The notes beneath the pieces were generated by a model. The model had not been told where the DNA came from and ran no database searches. It saw only the letters and a program-made list of their open reading frames with translations. From contig JAUSQD010000098.1 of the NCBI GenBank assembly GCA_030652695.1, positions 1 to 47,209 on the forward strand: a stretch of 47,209 bases of DNA, given 5' to 3'. How positions within the stretch are numbered: the first letter of the stretch is position 1; every line of letters begins with the position of its first letter. Below, piece by piece: positions 34,277 through 42,838 of this stretch. Made by a program: the position numbers and the translations under genes. Source of the DNA: Actinomycetota bacterium (GTDB lineage Bacteria; Actinomycetota; Actinomycetes; S36-B12).

Positions 34277-34795
34277 ATGCAGATGAGAACATCACGATTC
34301 GCTGTGACAGCAGCAGCCCTTTCGATCAGTCTGTTGGGATTTGCGAGTGTGCAAGCTCACGCTGCGACACAGGCTGTGAAAACAGGAACGACAAGTGTCG
34401 GAAAAGTCCTGGTCGATTCCAAAGGCAAGACTTTGTACGTCTTCGCGGCCGATTCTGCGGGCAAGTCGACATGCACGGGTGCGTGCGCGCAGGCATGGCC
34501 TCCAGCGCTGGCAACAGCCAAGAACTTGGGTCGAGCAGCAGATGTCAAGGCCAAGCTCACGGTGATCAAGCGAAGCGATGGCAAGACTCAACTGGCGATC
34601 AACGGACTGCCGGCTTACACCTTCAGCGGCGATGCCGCATCTGGTCAGGCCAATGGGCAAGGCATGAACGCCTCGGGTGGGTTGTGGTGGGTGATGGCTC
34701 CGACCGGAACGCCACTGAAGTCGACCGCATCTTCGGGCTCAGGCACTGCACCTGACGGTGCGACCTCCCCTGGCGGAACCTACGACTACTACTGA
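34277..34795 (+). CDS. Secreted COG4315-type repeat protein (lipoprotein_15-like, unknown function)
   Basis: Signal peptide, then two copies of the xLVDxxGxTLYxF...C.G.C...WPP / GxPLYxFxGD-like repeat (KVLVDSKGKTLYVFAAD...CTGACAQAWPP; INGLPAYTFSGD). Confidence 0.7.
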   Translation: MQMRTSRFAVTAAALSISLLGFASVQAHAATQAVKTGTTSVGKVLVDSKGKTLYVFAADSAGKSTCTGACAQAWPPALATAKNLGRAADVKAKLTVIKRSDGKTQLAINGLPAYTFSGDAASGQANGQGMNASGGLWWVMAPTGTPLKSTASSGSGTAPDGATSPGGTYDYY

Positions 34796-35196
34796 GGCTC
34801 GAGCCGCGCAGTGAGCTTCCTGCTCGGTATTGCGCACACGGTGAGTCGCTTGTTCAGGAGCTGTCTTCTGGCCGCAAATGCGTCATACGCATGCTCGACC
34901 AGCGCGTCCGGAAGTACATCAAGAGCCTTCCCGACCAGCCTCCATCGCGGCATGAACGACAGCACCTTCTTGACTGCTGCGGCTCCTTGCAGCAACTCGG
35001 CCGCGTCGAGGTAGATCAGCGCATCCCGCATTCGCATGGGGTCATGTCCGCTGAGCAGTGACTCGGCAAGTTCGGACTCAAGTGGAATGAAGCTCATTTC
35101 CAGCTCTTCCGGCAGTCGTTCAGCCACAAAGCTGAGTGCGCGATTACACGTCACACATTCACCATCGAAGAAGATTACGCGGCTGCGTCCCGGCAT
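34789..35196 (-). CDS. Thiol-disulfide oxidoreductase DCC-family (DUF393) protein
   Basis: MPGRSRVIFFDGECVTCN: the DxxCxxC motif at the N-terminus. The start is at M38 of the track ORF. Confidence 0.7.
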   Translation of the reverse strand: MPGRSRVIFFDGECVTCNRALSFVAERLPEELEMSFIPLESELAESLLSGHDPMRMRDALIYLDAAELLQGAAAVKKVLSFMPRWRLVGKALDVLPDALVEHAYDAFAARRQLLNKRLTVCAIPSRKLTARLEPQ

Positions 35197-35251
35197 CACC
35201 CCAACAGCATAAGCACGCCTACGATGAAGTGAACTCGCGAAGGAGGGTGCC

Positions 35252-36370
35252 GTGAAGGTCGGAGTGCCTCGAGAGATCAAGAGCCAGGAATCCCGGGTGG
35301 CCATCACACCGGCGGGGGTGCATGAGTTGGTGCGCCATGGTCACAGCGTGATCATCGAGTCCGGCGCAGGAGAAGGCTCGTCCATATCCGACCAGGAATT
35401 CATCGCGGCTGGAGCAGAGATCTGCTCGGAACACTCGCAGGTGTGGGGGCAAGCCGAGCTTGTGCTGAAGGTCAAGGAGCCGATCGCAAGCGAGTACCCC
35501 TTGATGCGTGCTGGTCAAATGCTGTTCACCTACCTGCATTTGGCTGCTTCACCAGCATGCACTCAGGCATTGATCGACTCGGGCTGCACCGCCATCGCGT
35601 ACGAGACCGTTGAATTGCCGAACGGGACTCTTCCACTGTTGGCGCCAATGTCGGAGGTCGCAGGTCGCCTTGCACCCCAAGTGGGAGCTCAAGCACTCTT
35701 GAGCATCAGTGGCGGGAGAGGTGTGCTGCTTGGTGGAGTGTCAGGCACCTACGCCGCGAAGGTTGTCGTCATTGGAGCTGGAGTCGCAGGAATGAATGCG
35801 GCCGCCATTGCACTGGGCATGCAGGCCGAAGTACTTCTCTTGGATCGCAATATCGCCCGACTTCGGGAAGTGGATGCGATCTACCAAGGCCACATGCAGA
35901 CCATCGCATCGAACTCCTTCGAGATTCAACGAGCCGTCCTCGACGCAGATCTCGTGATTGGAGCCGTCCTTGTGCACGGAGCCAAGGCGCCCCGCCTGGT
36001 GAGTGACGAGCTGGTTGCAAGCATGAAGCCTGGTTCCGTGCTCGTTGACATTGCCATTGATCAGGGCGGGTGCTTCGAAGGTTCACGCCCCACGACACAT
36101 GCTGAGCCGACGTATCGCGTGCACAACTCTCTGTTCTACTGCGTGGCGAACATGCCCGCCGCCGTGCCGCACACTTCCACTTTTGCACTCACCAATGTGA
36201 CTTTGCCATACGCAATTGACTTGGCAAACAAGGGCTGGCGCAAGGCGATGACTGAGGATCCGTCACTCGCATCCGGGCTGAACGTTCATGATGGACGCGT
36301 GACCTATGCCGCAATAGCGGAGGCTCTTGGATACGAGTTGCTGAGCGTCGACGTTCTACTTGGGCGATAG
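35252..36370 (+). CDS. ald: Alanine dehydrogenase
   Basis: MKVGVPREIKSQESRVAITPAGV, VVVIGAGVAGMNAA (Rossmann), VLVDIAIDQGGC, YCVANMPAAVP. Confidence 0.92.
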   Translation: MKVGVPREIKSQESRVAITPAGVHELVRHGHSVIIESGAGEGSSISDQEFIAAGAEICSEHSQVWGQAELVLKVKEPIASEYPLMRAGQMLFTYLHLAASPACTQALIDSGCTAIAYETVELPNGTLPLLAPMSEVAGRLAPQVGAQALLSISGGRGVLLGGVSGTYAAKVVVIGAGVAGMNAAAIALGMQAEVLLLDRNIARLREVDAIYQGHMQTIASNSFEIQRAVLDADLVIGAVLVHGAKAPRLVSDELVASMKPGSVLVDIAIDQGGCFEGSRPTTHAEPTYRVHNSLFYCVANMPAAVPHTSTFALTNVTLPYAIDLANKGWRKAMTEDPSLASGLNVHDGRVTYAAIAEALGYELLSVDVLLGR

Positions 36371-36446
36371 CACCGGCAAGACTCGCAGCGCAGCCTGAGG
36401 AGAATCACCGGGGACTCACAAGATCGGTACGGATGATGATCAAAGC

Positions 36447-36483
36447 AATTGGGTGGATCCGCGCAGCACGGACCCACCCAATT
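36447..36483. terminator. Strong bidirectional stem-loop between convergent ald and gpx
   Basis: AATTGGGTGG (36447-36456) pairs perfectly with CCACCCAATT (36474-36483). The 17-nt loop can itself pair (TCCG/CGGA). Confidence 0.6.
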
Positions 36484-36490
36484 CGCGCTT

Positions 36491-37030
36491 CTACTTCAAG
36501 TAGTTCTCAAGATCCTCGCTGATCTCAGCCGGGGTGACACTTGGCTCATAGCGCTTGATGACTGAGCCATCCGGGCCAACGAGGAACTTGTTGAAGTTCC
36601 ACTTAATCTCATCGGTGCCGATGCGCTCTGGGTAGTTCTTGGCGATGTGCTCATACATGCCTCCGTACTGAGGCCCAAAGTCACCCGGAGCCTCTGCGCG
36701 CAGATAGGTGAAGAGCGGATCTGCCTCGGGCCCATTGACGTCGATCTTGGCCAAGATCGGGAAGCTGACATTGAAGTTGACGCTGCAGAAGTCGGCGATC
36801 TCCTCTGCGGTGCCTGGCTCCTGGCCACCGAACTGGTTGCAGGGAAAGCCCACGATCTCCAAACCGAGGTCCTTCTTGCTGCGATAGAGCTCTTCCAAGC
36901 CTTCGTACTGAGGGGTGAGTCCGCACTTGCTCGCTACGTTCACGACCAGCAGTGTCTTGCCCTTGTACGAATCCAGATCAACCTTGCTGCCATCAGGGGC
37001 GTCAACGGAAAAGTCATACACGTTTGTCAT
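36491..37030 (-). CDS. Glutathione peroxidase-family (Cys-type) peroxidase
   Basis: VNVASKCGLTPQY, GFPCNQFGGQEP and KWNFNKFLV, the three GPx signatures. The start is at MTNVYDF. Confidence 0.9.
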   Translation of the reverse strand: MTNVYDFSVDAPDGSKVDLDSYKGKTLLVVNVASKCGLTPQYEGLEELYRSKKDLGLEIVGFPCNQFGGQEPGTAEEIADFCSVNFNVSFPILAKIDVNGPEADPLFTYLRAEAPGDFGPQYGGMYEHIAKNYPERIGTDEIKWNFNKFLVGPDGSVIKRYEPSVTPAEISEDLENYLK

Positions 37031-37131
37031 GTGGTCCTCGCTGAAAGTCGAATGCGCCGAATGAGCGCCTGTGATCCCTAGCAAACCACAGTCTCAATCA
37101 GCGTTGAACAGGCTTGCACTCGACGTGGCTC

Positions 37132-37962
37132 TCAGGCTGAGGGAACTGTGCAGATGAGCTCACCATGCGAGATGGTGAACCAGCCGTCCGGATCAGCGGC
37201 CCAATCACGCCATGCGGCTGCGAGTCTGTCCAGATCCGCCTGGATGGCGAATCCAGCCGCCAGCGCCTGGCGTGCAAACTCCGATTGCGTCACCCGGACT
37301 GCCCAGGTCTGGCCCCATTCAGTGCGATCCTCAGCAGTGGCGTAACACCACACTGAGGCAGAGGGTGTGATGTCGTGCAGACCCGCTGCGTGGGCCCAGG
37401 CTAAAAGATGCCGGCCGCCATCTGGTTCAGCCGCGTTGGCGCGGGCCACTCGCTGGTAGAGATCCATCCACTCGCTGAGCCCGACAGAAGCGGGATACCA
37501 GGACATCGCCGAATAGTCAGCATCTCGGACCGCCACGATGCCACCTGGCCTGCACACTCGACTCATCTCGCGCAGTGCTGCAGAGGGATCACTCAAGTGC
37601 TGCAGCACTTGATGCGCGTGCACCACGTCAAAGGAGGAGTCAGCAAACTCAAGTGCATAGACATCACCCACGACAAAGGATGCCTTCGACTCGGCTGCGG
37701 CAGCAGCCTCGCGCGCAGCAGCGACTGCGGTCTGACTTTGCTCAAGCCCAATCACTTTGCCCGGTGCAACCAACTCCGCGAAGTCCAGGGTGATCGAGCC
37801 TGGCCCGCAGCCAACATCCAGCACCCGGTCGCCAGCGTGCAGATGCGGCACGAGGTACCCCGCCGAATTCTGAGCCGTTCTCGCTGAATGCGACCGAAGC
37901 ACGCTGGAGTGATGGCCGTGGGTGTAGATGTCAGCGGGTCGCGAAGAACCCGAGGTGCTCAT
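37132..37962 (-). CDS. Class I SAM-dependent methyltransferase
   Basis: Motif I VLDVGCGPGSITL and post-I/II FDVVHAHQVLQHL. The start overlaps the glsA stop (ATGA). Confidence 0.8.
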   Translation of the reverse strand: MSTSGSSRPADIYTHGHHSSVLRSHSARTAQNSAGYLVPHLHAGDRVLDVGCGPGSITLDFAELVAPGKVIGLEQSQTAVAAAREAAAAAESKASFVVGDVYALEFADSSFDVVHAHQVLQHLSDPSAALREMSRVCRPGGIVAVRDADYSAMSWYPASVGLSEWMDLYQRVARANAAEPDGGRHLLAWAHAAGLHDITPSASVWCYATAEDRTEWGQTWAVRVTQSEFARQALAAGFAIQADLDRLAAAWRDWAADPDGWFTISHGELICTVPSA

Positions 37963-39227
37963 GCCAGTCCTCCCTGGCCAACGCCCACCTTGACCAGCAT
38001 TGACGGATCCTCAATGGACACGCGAAAGCCACTTTCCTTGAGTCGGGTCACCAACTGCTCAAGCATCATGTTGGCCGCTTCGCCGATGGAGGTCACGTGA
38101 GTGAGGTCGAAGCGGACCTCGGCGTCTGACTTCTTCTTCGTGGCCAGTTCCTCGGCCACCTCGTGCACGATGAGCTCAAGATCCACGAAGTCCAGGTCTC
38201 CACGTATCCCAGCTGAGAGCACGTCGGCATCCCACTTCAAAAGGTGAATCGGACTCGCAGGTCGCGGCGGATGCTGCAGGAGATTGAGCCCGTACCCCTC
38301 GGAGAGCAAGGTCAACACCGCCACTCCCCGACTGCTGTTGCCGGCATCGTCCAAGCGCGGGCTGAAGACGCCAATGCCGAACTGGCCAGGCTTGACTGCC
38401 GAGATTCCGCCGCTCACACCACTCTTGGCAGGCATCCCCACGCGGACAGCCCATTGCCCTGCGTAGTCATACATGCCGCAACTGCCCATGACCGCCAAGG
38501 TGTGTCTGGCCACTGCGGAATCGACTATTTGCACACCTGTCATGGGATTGATGCCGTCATTGGCCAGGGTTGCCGACATCACGGCGATGTCGTACGTCGT
38601 CACCAACAGGGAGCATTGGCGGAAGTAGACCTCAGTCACGTCCAGTACCTCGCGAGTCAGACTGCCGGAAGCCTTCATCAAATAGGCCAGCGCGCGATTG
38701 CGATCGCCCGATTCCCTCTCTGATTCAAAGACCTTCTGATCAACGTCGAGCACTCTGCCGGCGAAACCTGAAAGTGATGCGTGGATCCGCGCAAATCTCT
38801 CCGATGAGCTCTGTCCTGAGATCAGCGAGGAAGTCAGCAGTGCACCCGCGTTCACCATGGGGTTTGCGGGACGACCCTGATCATCGAGACTGAAGGCGTT
38901 GAACGGCTCGCCGCTTGGCTCAAAGCCCACGCGCTCATGCACCGCGTCCAGCCCTAGATCACTGATGGCCAAGGCATAGACAAAGGGCTTGGAAATCGAC
39001 TGCAAGGTGAACTCCTTGCGCGAATCCCCTGCTTCATAGGCGTGACCAAGCACACTGACCACTGCGATACCGAACGCATCCGGGTCAGCTTTGGCCAGTT
39101 CGGGGATGTAGTCGGCGATCCTGCCGGTCGTGACTGGGGCGGAGAGGCGAAGCAGCGCGTCGAGTATCCGATTGACCGGCTCTATCCGCTCCGTCTGCTC
39201 CATCACCGGCTCCCTGCTTATGCTCAC
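37959..39227 (-). CDS. glsA: Glutaminase A with a C-terminal STAS-like domain
   Basis: IADYIPELA, LQSISKPFVY (Ser-x-x-Lys), NPMVNAGAL, PAKSGVSGGI. An extra ~110-aa C-terminus (GDLDFVDLELIVHEV...FDLTHVTSIGEAANMMLEQL) looks like a STAS/anti-sigma-antagonist fold. Confidence 0.85.
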   Translation of the reverse strand: MSISREPVMEQTERIEPVNRILDALLRLSAPVTTGRIADYIPELAKADPDAFGIAVVSVLGHAYEAGDSRKEFTLQSISKPFVYALAISDLGLDAVHERVGFEPSGEPFNAFSLDDQGRPANPMVNAGALLTSSLISGQSSSERFARIHASLSGFAGRVLDVDQKVFESERESGDRNRALAYLMKASGSLTREVLDVTEVYFRQCSLLVTTYDIAVMSATLANDGINPMTGVQIVDSAVARHTLAVMGSCGMYDYAGQWAVRVGMPAKSGVSGGISAVKPGQFGIGVFSPRLDDAGNSSRGVAVLTLLSEGYGLNLLQHPPRPASPIHLLKWDADVLSAGIRGDLDFVDLELIVHEVAEELATKKKSDAEVRFDLTHVTSIGEAANMMLEQLVTRLKESGFRVSIEDPSMLVKVGVGQGGLA

Positions 39228-39261
39228 TGGTGCACTCCACCGTCCACGACAGGAGAACGAT

Positions 39262-40008
39262 ATGACCTATTGCATTGCGGTCCGCCTTGATCATGGCTTG
39301 GTCTTCATCTCGGACACTCGCACGAACGCCGGAGTGGACAACGTCGGTACCTACCGCAAGCTTCATGTCTTTTCACCTGCACCCGATCGAATGTTCGTGC
39401 TGCAGTCGGCTGGCAATCTGGCCACGACTCAGGAGGTCCTGGACCGCATCCGCCGCGATCTGGCCGATCCCGATGCGCGGCTGAACTTGGCGACCGTGGA
39501 GCACTTGTTCGAAGCCGCGCTCTACGTCGGTGCCCTGTCGCAAGAGGTGATGAAACTCCATGCACCGTCCTTTGAGAATCCGCGACAGGCCAGCGCCACG
39601 TTCATCGTGGGCGGCCAAGTGGGCGACGAAGCCTCCGACATCTTGCTTGTGTACCCAGAAGGCAACTACATCCGAGCATCAGATGAGCGGCCATTCCTGC
39701 AGATCGGTGAAAGCAAGTACGGCAAGTACATGCTTGAAATCGGCATCCACAGTGGCGTGGACTTCGCAACGGGACTCAAAGTCGTCCTGAGCTCGATGAT
39801 GAGTGCGTCACGAGCCAATGTCTCGGTTGGACCGCCCTACGACATCGGCATCTACGAATTCGGCAGCCACGAACTCCAGGAGTTTCGGGTGCCACCGGGA
39901 TCTCCGGCTCTGGCCAGACTCGAACGATTCTGGGGCGACCGTCTGCGGGATCTGATGGACGAACTGCCGCCGATCTCCCCGGACGATTTCGGATCAGAGC
40001 GCGACTGA
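39262..40008 (+). CDS. Anbu-type proteasome beta-subunit homologue (COG3484 proteasome-type protease)
   Basis: MTYCIAVRLDHGLVFISDTRTNAGVDNVGTYRKLHVF: Thr2 follows the initiator Met (Ntn nucleophile position) and the SDTRTNAG motif is as recalled for Anbu. SD AGGAGA lies 6 nt upstream. The 44-codon extension of the track ORF overlaps glsA. Confidence 0.75.
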   Translation: MTYCIAVRLDHGLVFISDTRTNAGVDNVGTYRKLHVFSPAPDRMFVLQSAGNLATTQEVLDRIRRDLADPDARLNLATVEHLFEAALYVGALSQEVMKLHAPSFENPRQASATFIVGGQVGDEASDILLVYPEGNYIRASDERPFLQIGESKYGKYMLEIGIHSGVDFATGLKVVLSSMMSASRANVSVGPPYDIGIYEFGSHELQEFRVPPGSPALARLERFWGDRLRDLMDELPPISPDDFGSERD

Positions 40009-40040
40009 GTTTTGCGCTGGTTCGTGGATATGGTTTCGGC

Positions 40041-41192
40041 ATGACCACACGGGTTGTTGTGCTTGGTGCCGGATTTGGCGGACTCGAACTGACCACATTG
40101 GTATCTGAGGCATGCGGCGATGACGTCAGCGTCGTGTTGATCGATCAAAGTTCGCACTTCGTCTTTGGCTTTTCGAAGTTGGATGTCATGTTTGGCAAGG
40201 CGTCAGCAGACCACGTGCGCCATCCGTACTCAGCAATCGTCAAGGATGGCGTGCAGTTCGTCTCTGCGACCATCACGGCCATCGATCCGACCAGTCGTCA
40301 TGTGGAGACGACAGCGGGATCATTTGATGCCGACATCCTGGTCGTGGCTCTCGGTGCTGAATTCGATATCAGTGCAACACCCGGTCTGTCGGACATTGGT
40401 CATGAGTTCTACACGGTTGACGGAGCCTTCGCGCTACAAGAGGTTCTTGCCAATTTCAACGGCGGACGAGTGGTCATCGGCGTGACGTCTACACCCTTCA
40501 AGTGTCCACCCGCGCCGAGTGAGACAGCCTTGCTGATGGACGAGTTTCTCAAGGAGCGAGGGCTGCGTGAATTCTCTGAGATCACTTTGGTGATGCCCTT
40601 TGGCCTGCCGATTCCACCATCACCTGAGGCGTCCCAGGCCATTCTTGAAGCCTTCGCCGAGCGAGGCATCAACTGGCTTCCAGAGCGAGTCGTCAAGGCG
40701 CTGAACGTGCAGACGCAGATGGTCGAACTCAGCAATGATCAGGAGTTGCCTTTCGACCTCTTCCTCGGAGTGCCGGTGCATCGAGTTCCATCAGTCGTTG
40801 CTGAGTCAGGCATGACCGTCGACGGTTGGATCCCAGTCGATCCCCTCACACTGGAGACGGCATACCCGGATGTCTATGCCGTTGGTGATGTCACGAGCGT
40901 GGGTACGCCCAAGGCAGGGGTCTTCTCTGAAGGGCAGGGCGTGGTGGTGGCCGAGCGAATCATCGCTTCAGTGCAGGGGCGTGCAGTCACAAGCGAGTAT
41001 GGAGGCCGAGGCATCTGCTACCTCGAGTTCGGCTCGCATGAGGTGGCCAAGGTCGACGTCGTCTTTCGCACGGGCGAGCGACCAGTCGGCGATCTTGTTG
41101 GCCCGACACCTGAACTGATGAACGACAAAGTGCAGTTCGGGTCTGAGCGAATTCAACGCTGGTTCGGTCGACAGTGGAGGCCGACCGTCTAG
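40041..41192 (+). CDS. FAD-dependent pyridine nucleotide-disulfide oxidoreductase, sulfide:quinone oxidoreductase-like
   Basis: VVVLGAGFGGLE (FAD fold), FKCPPAPSE, and YAVGDV. It lies 32 nt downstream of the Anbu gene on the same strand. Confidence 0.75.
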   Translation: MTTRVVVLGAGFGGLELTTLVSEACGDDVSVVLIDQSSHFVFGFSKLDVMFGKASADHVRHPYSAIVKDGVQFVSATITAIDPTSRHVETTAGSFDADILVVALGAEFDISATPGLSDIGHEFYTVDGAFALQEVLANFNGGRVVIGVTSTPFKCPPAPSETALLMDEFLKERGLREFSEITLVMPFGLPIPPSPEASQAILEAFAERGINWLPERVVKALNVQTQMVELSNDQELPFDLFLGVPVHRVPSVVAESGMTVDGWIPVDPLTLETAYPDVYAVGDVTSVGTPKAGVFSEGQGVVVAERIIASVQGRAVTSEYGGRGICYLEFGSHEVAKVDVVFRTGERPVGDLVGPTPELMNDKVQFGSERIQRWFGRQWRPTV

Positions 41193-41208
41193 TGAATGGT
41201 CATCCACA

Positions 41209-41871
41209 TCACAGCCTTCGTTCCAACCGCGCTCGAACTTCTGGCCAGTCCTCGGCAACGATTGAAAATAGAACCGAATCGCGAACTGACCCGTCCTGAC
41301 GACGCTGGTAGCGCCGGAGGACTCCTTCAAATTGAGCACCTAGACGAGCGATTGCCTGTTGCGATCGCATATTGCGGATATCTGTCATCAACTGCACACG
41401 TCCCATGTGCATCGACTCAAAGGCATGCGTCAGGAGCAAGAGCTTGCACTCAGGGTTGACCGTGCTCGCCCATACCTGCGGGCTGTACAGAGTCCCGCCG
41501 ATTTCGGTGCGAGCCGCCTCCACCACAGTTTCCAAGTACGAGCTCGTGCCGATGATGGATCCCGCTGACATCCCTCCCACTTCTCGAACCAAACGAACCG
41601 TCCACACATGCCAGTTGGGGTTCGATGCGCGAGCGCTCAGCAATTGAGACAGTTCTGCCGCAGAGCTCGGGCGCCCGGCAACATGAGTCCACACCTGATC
41701 GTGGTCAAGCGCTGCAAACATCTCCTCTGTGTCCATCGGGTCAAACGCGCGAAGCGCGACCGTCGCTCCGACTAATTCCAACCCCGCTTCAATGGGCCAA
41801 GCTCCCATTGGCCAGGGGCTGTCGGCGGGACGAGGATCAACTCTGGGCTGAAAGCGCGGGACTTCGTTCAC
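41209..41871 (-). CDS. GNAT-family N-acetyltransferase (RimJ/RimL-like)
   Basis: Acetyltransf_3-like pattern: LRAFDPMDTEEMFAAL...ECKLLLLTHAFESMHMGRVQLMTDIRNMRSQQAIARLGAQFEGVLR. Confidence 0.7.
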   Translation of the reverse strand: MNEVPRFQPRVDPRPADSPWPMGAWPIEAGLELVGATVALRAFDPMDTEEMFAALDHDQVWTHVAGRPSSAAELSQLLSARASNPNWHVWTVRLVREVGGMSAGSIIGTSSYLETVVEAARTEIGGTLYSPQVWASTVNPECKLLLLTHAFESMHMGRVQLMTDIRNMRSQQAIARLGAQFEGVLRRYQRRQDGSVRDSVLFSIVAEDWPEVRARLERRL

Positions 41872-41872
41872 T

Positions 41873-42838
41873 TCACGATCCTTGCAGCCCTATCTGCCCG
41901 TGCAGGAACTCATCGACAGCGCGAGCAGTGCGCTTGGGATTCTGGAAGAGAAATGAGTGACCCGCCCCGGGAAGCAGACTCAGCTCAGCTTGAGGGATCG
42001 TGTGAGCGATGAGCCTGCTGTTTGCAGGTGGGGTTACGACGTCGCGAGTGCCTGTCATCACCAGAGTCGGATGGGTCAGTCCTGGCAGAGCCCGATAGTT
42101 CGCATCACTTCGAATCCAGGAATCCTCAGCATTCACCATTGCTTCGTACGTTGCAGAAGGCACCTTCGAGACCGGATAGACACCTGAGCTCACTGCGGTC
42201 TCAAGTCGGTGAAGGAAGGCACGGCCTGCGAACTGTGCCGACGCAGTTGCCGGGTAGTTCGTCTTCAAGTAGTCCTGATCACTGCTGTCGGCGTCACTGT
42301 CAATTCTTTGCACCCACGGCGGTCCGAGTTCAGTGCGTGCACCACCTGGATTCGTGCCAGCGAGCACAAGCTTTCGCACTCGTGCTGGGTGTCGTATGGC
42401 CAGTTGTTGGGCGATGAATCCACCCATCGACCAGCCCAGGACGTCGACAGGGGTGTTCGGAATCACGGAGTCCAGGAACTGGGAGATCCAGTCAGCAGCT
42501 CGCGGAAAGCTCCACTTGGCGGGTGCTGGCCCAGACTGGCCCAGCCCTGGATAGTCGAACACCAACACCCGATGCGACTTCTTCAACTGCGCGAGCAGCG
42601 CTGGATCCCATTCACTCATAGGCGATCCCGTGCCGCTCAGCAGAAGCAGTGGGCTGCCACTGCCAAGTTCTGCGTATGCGAAATTCGTGCCAGCGGCCTT
42701 GACCATCTGCACGTGCATCCTGACTGATTCGTATTCTCCAGCTGCACTTACGGCGCTTGTTGACGGCATCAGCATCAAGGCCACAAGCACCGCACTCGCG
42801 ACCGCCGCCGCACGTCGCGTGCCATGCTTACGCAACAT
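41873..42838 (-). CDS. Secreted alpha/beta-fold hydrolase
   Basis: Signal peptide (AVLVALMLMPSTSAVSAA), HG-type oxyanion region (LLLLSGTGS), nucleophile elbow GWSMGG, and C-terminal GAGHSF. Confidence 0.8.
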   Translation of the reverse strand: MLRKHGTRRAAAVASAVLVALMLMPSTSAVSAAGEYESVRMHVQMVKAAGTNFAYAELGSGSPLLLLSGTGSPMSEWDPALLAQLKKSHRVLVFDYPGLGQSGPAPAKWSFPRAADWISQFLDSVIPNTPVDVLGWSMGGFIAQQLAIRHPARVRKLVLAGTNPGGARTELGPPWVQRIDSDADSSDQDYLKTNYPATASAQFAGRAFLHRLETAVSSGVYPVSKVPSATYEAMVNAEDSWIRSDANYRALPGLTHPTLVMTGTRDVVTPPANSRLIAHTIPQAELSLLPGAGHSFLFQNPKRTARAVDEFLHGQIGLQGS

